From a virus (lineage: Duplodnaviria > Heunggongvirae > Uroviricota > Caudoviricetes), in IMG/VR virus record IMGVR_UViG_2579779052_000006: a stretch of 6,325 bases of DNA; one strand, given 5' to 3'. The position numbers and the translations under genes were made by a program. Position 1 is the first letter of the stretch; each line of letters opens with the position of its first letter. Below are positions 1-6,030 of the stretch, one piece after another. The notes beneath the pieces are model-generated. The model saw only the letters and a list, made by a program, of their open reading frames with translations. It was not told the DNA's origin and did no database searches.

Positions 1-1131
1 TCAAATGACCAGTTTTTTCCATTCCTTACCGCGTGCGTCGTTGTAAATATCGGTCATTTTTTGATTCGAATGGCCTAGCAAAATTTTGGTATCAACCCCC
101 TGCTCTCTGAACAATCGCTCTGATAAAGATCTCTGCTCATGGAAAGAGGGAGGGGTGCCATTAGCACGCCAGTTGTAATCCACAGAATCCCGGGCTTTTT
201 TAAATGCAACGGTTAATGTTGCTGGCTTAACCATCCCGCCGCGCTTAGCTGTCCCTTTCGCGTGATGGTGGTGCAATAGCCACGGACTAAGAACGCAATC
301 GCGGCAGGATGACACTACATCATCCAGGGTGAGATTTAATTTATCGCAACGCAGAGCCAGAGGGATGGCAATCCGGGTTCCTGTTTTTTGCTGTTCGACA
401 TGAAGATAACCATCCCGGATATCCGAAAATTGCATTTTGCAAATATCTGAAAGGCGCTGGCCTGTCATCAGTGCCAGCAGCATACCGCGCTGTAAAAAGT
501 AACCATCCTTTTCCGCTGCGTTATAAATCATCATCCACTCATCAAAAGTCAGTCGCTGTCTTGATATCCGCACCTGCGGTTTTTTTGCCGATTCTGCAGG
601 GTTAAAGCCTGGCGGGACATCGCCCGTTTGCTGAGCTTCCCGGAAAACATCGATCAGTACTTTCCTGAAAATTTGTCCCATTCTGTTATGTCCTCTGGCC
701 TTGTACTCTTCCAGTACTGATACCACATCTTTTACGGTTATGGCATCTAACGGTCTGGTGCCAAAACGTTCATCAAATACCCTGAGAGGGGCCGCTTTCT
801 GTTTCAGCGTGTTGAGTTTGATCTCGCCGTTTTCATATCTTTCCTGTTGAATTTTTCTGTAATTATTCAGAAAAATGGTAACGGTTGATGAACCGCCGGT
901 ATCACTAATAATTTTCTCCTGCAGACTGAGCATTTGTTCCATTTGCTGCCGGGCAAGACGGCTGTTCGCTTCTGCTGCAATAGTTTCTGCCAGTTTCTGG
1001 TCAATACTGCCGAGACCGTGATTTTTGCCTGTTATGGGATGCCTGTAACGCCAGTAAACTTTGTTATTTCTTTTGTCAAAATACGGAGATAATCCCGGAA
1101 CATCGGTTTTATATTTTCGCGGGCGCGCCAT
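1..1131 (-). CDS. int: Lambda-family tyrosine integrase (site-specific recombinase), 376 aa, complete
   Basis: Full-length ORF with stop at 1..3. Translation aligns by eye along its length with phage lambda Int as I recall it; the C-terminal catalytic region carries the expected residues (TGQRLSD arginine, FHEQRSLSERL His-x-x-Arg, LLGHSNQKMTDIY with the tyrosine nucleophile, then DARGKEW). Start codon overlaps the 3' end of xis, as in lambda. Confidence 0.93.
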   Translation of the reverse strand: MARPRKYKTDVPGLSPYFDKRNNKVYWRYRHPITGKNHGLGSIDQKLAETIAAEANSRLARQQMEQMLSLQEKIISDTGGSSTVTIFLNNYRKIQQERYENGEIKLNTLKQKAAPLRVFDERFGTRPLDAITVKDVVSVLEEYKARGHNRMGQIFRKVLIDVFREAQQTGDVPPGFNPAESAKKPQVRISRQRLTFDEWMMIYNAAEKDGYFLQRGMLLALMTGQRLSDICKMQFSDIRDGYLHVEQQKTGTRIAIPLALRCDKLNLTLDDVVSSCRDCVLSPWLLHHHHAKGTAKRGGMVKPATLTVAFKKARDSVDYNWRANGTPPSFHEQRSLSERLFREQGVDTKILLGHSNQKMTDIYNDARGKEWKKLVI

Positions 1132-1357
1132 CTTCCAGTATCCTCTTCAAAGCAGGGTGATCTGTGGCGATCACCTCCGGCTTGTTTACCATTCCGACAA
1201 AGCGAGCTTGCGGATCCACTCGCCAGCGTCTCCCAACTTTTTTGGGGAGAGGAAATATCATTCCGGCTTTAGCGTATTTACTTAACGTACTCGGAGTAGG
1301 GACCGGTTCACTGAATTCCTCTTTTGCCCACTCAGTGAGCAGAATAAGTCTTGCCAT
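1109..1357 (-). CDS. xis: Excisionase (lambda Xis-like), 82 aa
   Basis: N-terminal region (LILLTEWAKEEF ... STLSKYAKAGMIFPLPKKVGRRWRV) parallels recalled lambda Xis (YLTLQEWNARQRR ... ETVRRWVRECRIFPPPVKDGRE). Sits immediately upstream of int on the same strand and overlaps it by 23 bp (1109..1131). No obvious Shine-Dalgarno before the ATG at 1357..1355. Confidence 0.85.
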   Translation of the reverse strand: MARLILLTEWAKEEFSEPVPTPSTLSKYAKAGMIFPLPKKVGRRWRVDPQARFVGMVNKPEVIATDHPALKRILEDGAPAKI

Positions 1358-1421
1358 GAGCGTCGTTCGCTAATCATGGTCGCCGCCACTATAGCTGGTG
1401 GGCAACGACCGGGGTTGAACA

Positions 1422-3896
1422 TTAAAAATCAGCCTGATTCGGGATCAGTTTTTGCCAGATAACTGAAACGTATTTTGCCTGGTAACGGGCGTCATCAAGT
1501 GCATTATGGCGCTCACCTTCGAATGGAATAGCCGTTCTGGCATCGAAGTCTATGGCTTTCCCCAGCTCAACGATTGTGCGTACATCGCGATCGTTGTAGT
1601 AACGCCATGGGCAGGGGATCCCCTGCCGTTCGTATGAACGGCGCAAAATCGTGTTGTCGAAGTTGGCTCCATTTCCCCAGACCTGAACAAAAAATTCGCC
1701 GGAGTTTTCGTCGATAAATTCCCGCAATTGCAGCAGTGCATCATCTAACGGGATTTCATCGGTCAGAATGGCAGATTGCGCCTCCCGTGATTGCTTAAGC
1801 CACCATTTAATGGTGCCACGATCAATGACTCCGCCAGCAGTATCCATATCGATGGTCTTACTAAATTCCGGCCCCATATCTCCGGTTTGCGGATCGAAAA
1901 ATATTGCACCTATTGAGATAAGCGGGGCATCGGGATTTTTTCCCATGGTTTCAAGGTCGATCATCATGTGGTGCCACATTCTGCTGGTGGATGTGATAAC
2001 GTGATGACCGTTCATCGCAATTAAGGGATCTGCCGTCTCGCCAGTTTCACTATCGCTGGCGTGATCCTGAGCGCTACCAGCATTCTCCTTGTGTGGATGT
2101 TCAGCGCCTTCCATTTCCTTCGGATCATTTTCCTGAACTTCAACCTGATTCTCTTCATCGAATGTTTCCTGGTATGTTGCGTCACCCATCACCGCGCCAC
2201 AATCAGGGCAGTTGCCGCCACCGCTTTGACCGCAGGCGGTGCAGACTTTTTCCACTTCCTGTTGCGCCACTGGTTCAGGCTGTTTCGTTTCTGGCTCGTT
2301 TTGTAACGCATTTGGGCTGTTTTGTTCCGCTTTCTGGCCGTTCTGTTCCGTTTCTTGCTGGTTCTGATTCACTGAATCGCGGGTTTCAATCCCCTTCACC
2401 CATTTCGGATCATTCGGGTCGCTAATCCCTGCAACAAATTCACCACGTGATACAGCAAGCAACTTATTGGCGTCAGGCTGGCTGATATTGGCTGCCTGCA
2501 TAATTTTGTTTACTTCGTCAGCGGTAACTTTTACCGGCTCTGGTTGTGCGATCGTGTCAGATGCACCAGTATTTTGTTGTGAACCTGAGTACGTGCCGTT
2601 TTTACGTGCGAAGTATTCCTCTTTTGTGATTTCCGTAGCTCCCAGGGCCAGTGCTTTTTCCAGACCAGAAAGTTTGTTTGCGCGACCGTATTTTTCGCCG
2701 TCCTTATCGGTGAAAAGGAAGTAGAACGGTCCCTCACGCTCTACAGATGGTTCGTCTTCCACTTCGCATTCGGTTTTTTCGTTGTCCGGCATTGCCGTTT
2801 CCACTGCATCAGTTTTTGGTACTGGTGACGGGAGAGTACCAGCTGTGCCCTGATTTGTTCCTTCGTCATCTTCAAACACGCCCTTGGTAGTCAGGTATTC
2901 AGTGATGTATTTGTTCAGTGCTACGGGATCTTTGTGAATGTCGATCGGACGCTCACGGACAAGGCCAAAAATAGTCTGACGGTCGTAGCGAACGGCATCG
3001 GGTTGTTTGCGCATTGATGCGGAAATGCGCTTCCAGTCTTCGCGATCTTTGTCGATAACTTCATTTTTTGCCCAGCGATGGATGCTGCCGTCAATGTTTC
3101 CGGTATCAATATCGCCAGGCCAGAGAGCGTAGGCCAGTTCTTCATCCAGCGTTTTCCATGTCTGCTTGTATTCGCGACAAATGGCGGCAGTGACTGGGTT
3201 GATTTTTCCTGCTGAGTTTTCAGTGTTCTGTTGATTGACTCTGGCGCTGGCGAGATCAACAACAGACGTGTATTTTCCAGTCTCTTTGCGCTCTGCGTCC
3301 TGCCGTTTTTTCCAGTTACGTAATTCAGCCTGAATTTCGGGCCATTTGGCACCCGGATTACATTTGTGTTTAACCCATCCGATAGCGAACAGTTTGCGTT
3401 CCGGATACATAGCGTTAATTTCAGGCGTTTTCATCAGTGCTTCAACGATATGCCCGTCAAAGGTAGCAACGTCTTCCTGCAGTAATTCCTGCGCGTCAAT
3501 CGCCATATCAACGGTGATGTTTTCACATGTACCGAACTTAACCAGGACCGCGTTCTGTACTTCAAGGGACAGCTTGTCAAAATTGACGTTCATCGGATCG
3601 GATTCTGGTTCGACCGGAATAAAGGAAGCGGATTCCTCATCCCAGCGGTTTTCCTGCATATATTCAGCATCCCAGGAATCGAGGGCAGGGCGGGGTATAC
3701 CGGGTTTATCCTCGCAAACAAGAAATTTATAAGCGCAGTCCTGAGCAGCCGGATAATGTTCCAGGAATTGCCAGTGAAATTTTGCGCGGGCGCGACGTTC
3801 ATCACCGGCTTCAATGGCAGTGGCTACAGCGACGGCACCTTCTTCCTTTATTGCCTGTTCGTCCGGAATGGCGGCGCAAATAAAGACTTTACTCAT
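1422..3896 (-). CDS. Large prophage exonuclease, 824 aa, with a C-terminal DnaQ-like DEDDh 3'-5' exonuclease domain; of the type usually annotated 'exodeoxyribonuclease VIII-like' (ExoD/YdfE-type) in lambdoid prophages
   Basis: Single 2.4-kb ORF with GAGG 11 nt upstream of the ATG at 3896..3894 and TAA stop at 1422..1424. The C-terminal ~190 aa carry the three DEDDh motifs: MMIDLETMG (Exo I, about 1950..1960), WGNGANFDNT (Exo II) and HNALDDARYQAKY (Exo III). A CxxC-x7-CxxC zinc-ribbon-like motif (CTACGQSGGGNCPDCG, about 2199..2243) and an acidic/Gln-rich linker precede it. The internal motif KLLAVSRGEFVAGISDPNDPKWVKG resembles, from memory, a conserved RecE-family segment. Position between the dicB module and xis matches the exo slot of Qin/DLP12-type prophages. 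Confidence 0.85.
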   Translation of the reverse strand: MSKVFICAAIPDEQAIKEEGAVAVATAIEAGDERRARAKFHWQFLEHYPAAQDCAYKFLVCEDKPGIPRPALDSWDAEYMQENRWDEESASFIPVEPESDPMNVNFDKLSLEVQNAVLVKFGTCENITVDMAIDAQELLQEDVATFDGHIVEALMKTPEINAMYPERKLFAIGWVKHKCNPGAKWPEIQAELRNWKKRQDAERKETGKYTSVVDLASARVNQQNTENSAGKINPVTAAICREYKQTWKTLDEELAYALWPGDIDTGNIDGSIHRWAKNEVIDKDREDWKRISASMRKQPDAVRYDRQTIFGLVRERPIDIHKDPVALNKYITEYLTTKGVFEDDEGTNQGTAGTLPSPVPKTDAVETAMPDNEKTECEVEDEPSVEREGPFYFLFTDKDGEKYGRANKLSGLEKALALGATEITKEEYFARKNGTYSGSQQNTGASDTIAQPEPVKVTADEVNKIMQAANISQPDANKLLAVSRGEFVAGISDPNDPKWVKGIETRDSVNQNQQETEQNGQKAEQNSPNALQNEPETKQPEPVAQQEVEKVCTACGQSGGGNCPDCGAVMGDATYQETFDEENQVEVQENDPKEMEGAEHPHKENAGSAQDHASDSETGETADPLIAMNGHHVITSTSRMWHHMMIDLETMGKNPDAPLISIGAIFFDPQTGDMGPEFSKTIDMDTAGGVIDRGTIKWWLKQSREAQSAILTDEIPLDDALLQLREFIDENSGEFFVQVWGNGANFDNTILRRSYERQGIPCPWRYYNDRDVRTIVELGKAIDFDARTAIPFEGERHNALDDARYQAKYVSVIWQKLIPNQADF

Positions 3897-3991
3897 TTTG
3901 TTTTAACCTCATTACAGATTTCAGGGTGAACGAATCCCTGCCATTGCTGGCATTTTTAATCCGTTGGTATGGTGTTAATATGGCTGGAGGG

Positions 3992-4180
3992 TTATCCAGC
4001 CGGTGTTTCGTTATTCAGGTACAGCGATACTTTTTTTAGCGGGAGGCATTCACCAGAAATTTTTTGCTCGTCTCTTGCCTGGAGGCAGGATTCTTTACTT
4101 GCATAAATTCCGGTAATCACATTCTGTGATTCACCCGTTATAAGAAAAACCGTCATCATCAGTGCAAATGCTGAAGTCAT
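3992..4180 (-). CDS. ydfD: YdfD-like small lysis protein, 62 aa, with N-terminal hydrophobic segment
   Basis: 62-aa ORF with hydrophobic N-terminus (MTSAFALMMTVFLITG), similar in length and composition to E. coli Qin YdfD (63 aa) as I recall it. GGAG sits 7 nt upstream of the ATG at 4180..4178, and the start overlaps the dicB stop (ATGA at 4177..4180), indicating translational coupling. Confidence 0.7.
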   Translation of the reverse strand: MTSAFALMMTVFLITGESQNVITGIYASKESCLQARDEQKISGECLPLKKVSLYLNNETPAG

Positions 4181-4365
4181 TGACGTTCTCCGAAAATACC
4201 AAGTTCAAGAAGAGCAATTCGGGAAAGTATGGAATTATCATTGAGCAGATAAGGCTCATATTTCCTCATATTAATGGCATCTTCAGTAAACTCCCGGTTA
4301 CTGAGCAGAACACCAATATCAAAACAACCTTCAGACGTATTAACGTTTGGTAATAACGTTTCCAT
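4177..4365 (-). CDS. dicB: DicB cell-division inhibitor (MinC-activating), 62 aa
   Basis: Translation METLLPNVNTSEGCFDIGV...FTEDAIN.RK... matches the recalled N-terminus of E. coli DicB (62 aa). GAGGA lies 7 nt upstream of the ATG at 4365..4363. Located directly downstream of the DicF sRNA on the same strand, as in the Qin dicB operon. Confidence 0.82.
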   Translation of the reverse strand: METLLPNVNTSEGCFDIGVLLSNREFTEDAINMRKYEPYLLNDNSILSRIALLELGIFGERQ

Positions 4366-4543
4366 TATCGCGTCCTCAACAATGAATTTTGTGATGCAGT
4401 GCCTGGTGCCTCCAGGTGACGTTAACCAGTTAACAATTAACGCCGGATTAGTTGATGCTCGTTACGCCCGTAAAATACCGCCTTACTGCTTTAACTGTTC
4501 CGCGTGCGCATAGCCGCATTCACCGCATCACAAAATTCACTTT

Positions 4544-4586
4544 AAAAAGGGCGGCAGAGCAGTCACGGAGTAAAACTGATACCGCC
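4544..4586 (-). terminator. Intrinsic terminator forming the DicF 3' end
   Basis: On the minus strand, GGCGG (4586..4582) can pair with CCGCC (4554..4550), followed by a TTTTT run (4548..4544). The exact stem register was not folded. Confidence 0.5.
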
Positions 4587-4601
4587 AAATGTCACCAGAA
4601 A
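4544..4601 (-). ncRNA. dicF: DicF small regulatory RNA (Hfq-dependent antisense sRNA that targets ftsZ and other mRNAs)
   Basis: Minus-strand sequence TTTCTGGTGACATTTGGCGGTATCAGTTTTACTCCGTGACTGCTCTGCCGCCCTTTTT is near-identical to the E. coli K-12 DicF sequence as I recall it, apparently differing by one base (GACATTTGG here, GACGTTTGG recalled). It ends in a GC-rich stem plus U5 and sits between the upstream operon genes and dicB. Confidence 0.8.
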
Positions 4602-4936
4602 ATTGATAACAGAGGGCGTTGTAGCGGGGTTGTCACTTAAGCGTATGGTCAACCTGACAACCCGGTGCATTTTCTGGAGCAATGGAGGAAACCCCAGCCA
4701 TACTTACCGCCGCGCCATTTCGCGGAGTGCCACAACCGGAAGCGCACGGTCGAACTAAATTTAACGACACCGTACAGAGAGACCAATTTCGCCGTGCGCT
4801 TTCGCGTTATGCCCTGACTTTTCAGGGACATATCCTTTCAGTAAGCTGTCAGTGCCGGATGCTCACCCGTGTCCGGCGCACGCACTCCACCTGACCCGTG
4901 GAGAACTCCTTAATTACCAACCCTCAGGAGGGTGAA

Positions 4937-5215
4937 ATGGATAAAAAGCAAATTGAGGCCCTGCAATCTATTATTGAAGAACAAGATGAAGCTATCAGGA
5001 TTCTTTCATATCGCACTGATATGATACTAAATATGCTTTCTGCATTAACGGCTGCGCTTGGTGGTACAAAAACAAACGTATACCGCGAAGTTGTTATTCA
5101 ACAGATAGATAAATTTGAAAAAACCATACCAGGTATTAATGCTCATCTTGCAGAACAAGAGAAAGACCATGCTCTTATGGCAATTTCTTCAGTAGCTCTC
5201 CCGAAAGTTGAGTAG
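4937..5215 (+). CDS. Hypothetical 92-aa protein, the only plus-strand gene, embedded antisense in the dicB-type operon
   Basis: Strong Shine-Dalgarno AGGAGGG (4926..4932) about 5 nt before the ATG at 4937; open frame to TAG at 5213..5215. The track ORF begins at an upstream GTG (4898) with no SD. The product (MDKKQIEALQSIIEEQDEAIRIL...) is predicted helical at the N-terminus and is not recognised. The region is AT-rich, where long open frames are less likely by chance. Confidence 0.45.
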   Translation: MDKKQIEALQSIIEEQDEAIRILSYRTDMILNMLSALTAALGGTKTNVYREVVIQQIDKFEKTIPGINAHLAEQEKDHALMAISSVALPKVE

Positions 5216-5588
5216 TTTTAATTGTTGTTTTGAAATAATCACTGCTTTCACATTTGAGTGATTTCATGGCAATCCAAATGCGGGCCTCTGTGCCTGCATT
5301 TGGTTCCAGTTGCTGTAGACGTTTTGCGTCTTCCAAAAGTAAGGCGATAATGTGTTTCAGCTTCTCATCATTTGCTTGATTCTTGTTTTCAGGCGAATTC
5401 TGTCCGCCGAATAGGCGCTTCTCTTCATACAGACCTATAAAGGCACGACGCACGTTACCGGATATAGTATCGATGGTTTCCTTTTCTACGGTACTCAGGT
5501 CAAGAGTCGCCAGTTGAGAGCGAACCACATTCGATGCCATTTCCTGGAATGGTACTGGTAAATCTTTAAATTCCATCGTCAACCTCAT
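5175..5588 (-). CDS. Hypothetical 137-aa protein, second gene of the operon
   Basis: ORF start ATG overlaps the stop of the upstream small gene (TGATG at 5588). An alternative start four codons in (MEFKDL..., ATG 5576..5574) has GAGG 6 nt upstream. Product not recognised; the N-terminal ~40 aa may correspond to a YdfB/YdaG-like small protein, which I cannot verify. The 3' end overlaps the convergent plus-strand ORF by 41 bp. Confidence 0.55.
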   Translation of the reverse strand: MRLTMEFKDLPVPFQEMASNVVRSQLATLDLSTVEKETIDTISGNVRRAFIGLYEEKRLFGGQNSPENKNQANDEKLKHIIALLLEDAKRLQQLEPNAGTEARIWIAMKSLKCESSDYFKTTIKTTQLSGELLKKLP

Positions 5589-5740
5589 CAGTCAGTGTTT
5601 CTGGTTAACCAGCGACGCGCGCCAGCTTCAGTTTTAAACGTTTTGCTTCTGGTATACGTCATCGCGGTGAACGTACCGTCCTGGTTGGGGAACACGCCAC
5701 ATACCAGAGATTCGCTGTTGCCAAGATCGATAGTATCCAT
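5588..5740 (-). CDS. Small YdfA/YdaF-like (DUF1391-type) prophage protein, 50 aa, first gene of the dicB-type operon
   Basis: Internal ATG at 5740..5738 with GAGG 5 nt upstream gives a 50-aa product (MDTIDLGNSESLVCGVFPNQDGTFTAMTYTRSKTFKTEAGARRWLTRNTD). This matches the size and, from memory, the sequence character of E. coli YdfA/YdaF (51 aa). The longest ORF instead starts at 5821 (77 aa), also with a GAGG 9 nt upstream, so the start is ambiguous. Confidence 0.6.
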   Translation of the reverse strand: MDTIDLGNSESLVCGVFPNQDGTFTAMTYTRSKTFKTEAGARRWLTRNTD

Positions 5741-5922
5741 GCTGACCTCATTTCCCCTTAACGCCGGGGTAGCGGAACAAAAACCTGCTGCATAGTTATT
5801 AAAGTTGAACCCTGCCGTCATGTTCTTACGCCTCGGGCTGGCTACTTAACCCCTGACCACTGCCTGGTAACTCGAAGTATTGCCCTGCATTCTGTGGGGC
5901 GGGGTGGGTTGGTATGAAAAGA

Positions 5923-5963
5923 AGGATACCCATAGGTATTTAAAAAGTAAATACCCATGGGTA
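5923..5963 (-). promoter_or_regulatory. Putative repressor-controlled promoter of the dicB-type operon: two tandem palindromic operator-like sites overlapping candidate -10 and -35 elements
   Basis: ATACCCATAGGTAT (5926..5939) and ATACCCATGGGTA (5951..5963; core TACCCATGGGTA is a perfect 12-bp palindrome) lie 25 bp centre to centre. On the minus strand a candidate -35 TTTACT (5951..5946) and -10 TATCCT (5928..5923) with a 17-bp spacer overlap the two sites. The region is upstream of the first operon gene. Hexamers are moderate matches only. Confidence 0.4.
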
Positions 5964-6007
5964 AATTTTTGCGGTGTCTTAACTGGTGACTAGTTGTTTG
6001 GTGAGCT

Positions 6008-6030
6008 GGTAATGACTCCAACTTATTGAT
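6008..6030. repeat. IS1 terminal inverted repeat (about 23 bp, the insB-proximal end)
   Basis: GGTAATGACTCCAACTTATTGAT matches the canonical IS1 terminal repeat. Confidence 0.8.

Noticed and set aside
1061-1373. Plus-strand ORFs 1061..1285 and 1164..1373, antisense to int and xis
   Set aside because: They overlap the well-supported xis and int genes on the opposite strand. No ribosome-binding site or recognisable product.
1358-1421. Imperfect roughly 10-bp stem (with two wobble pairs) in the xis-exonuclease intergenic spacer
   Set aside because: Weak and imperfect, with no adjacent U-tract. Could simply be spacer sequence. Not enough evidence to call a terminator or regulatory element.
1550-3814. 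Nine track ORFs (64-143 aa, both strands) lying inside the exonuclease gene: 1550..1744, 1768..2004, 2061..2306, 2093..2425, 2467..2724, 2531..2737, 2921..3352, 3346..3732, 3590..3814
   Set aside because: All are embedded in, or antisense to, the 824-aa ORF, which has clear catalytic motifs and a ribosome-binding site. Their translations are low-complexity or Cys/Arg/Ser-rich and typical of out-of-frame reads. No independent start signals were seen.
4162-4640. Plus-strand ORFs 4162..4353, 4274..4513 and 4452..4640, antisense to ydfD, dicB and dicF
   Set aside because: They are shadow frames of the dicB/ydfD genes and the DicF locus. The last spans the DicF terminator sequence. No start signals.
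4649-4894. ORFs 4649..4831 (minus, 60 aa) and 4682..4894 (plus, 70 aa) in the GC-rich stretch upstream of dicF
   Set aside because: The region is dense with hairpins and looks like structured untranslated RNA (the DicF precursor leader). The translations are Arg/Trp/Cys-rich, typical of GC-rich non-coding frames, and there are no convincing ribosome-binding sites.
5595-5795. Plus-strand ORF 5595..5795 (66 aa), antisense to the YdfA-like gene
   Set aside because: It fully overlaps the better-supported minus-strand small gene and has no ribosome-binding site. Likely a shadow frame.
5824-5991. Open minus-strand frame of about 56 codons running through the operator/promoter region
   Set aside because: It has no start codon with a ribosome-binding site, contains the palindromic operator sites, and could at most be the extreme 3' end of a gene displaced by IS1. 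That cannot be determined from this window.
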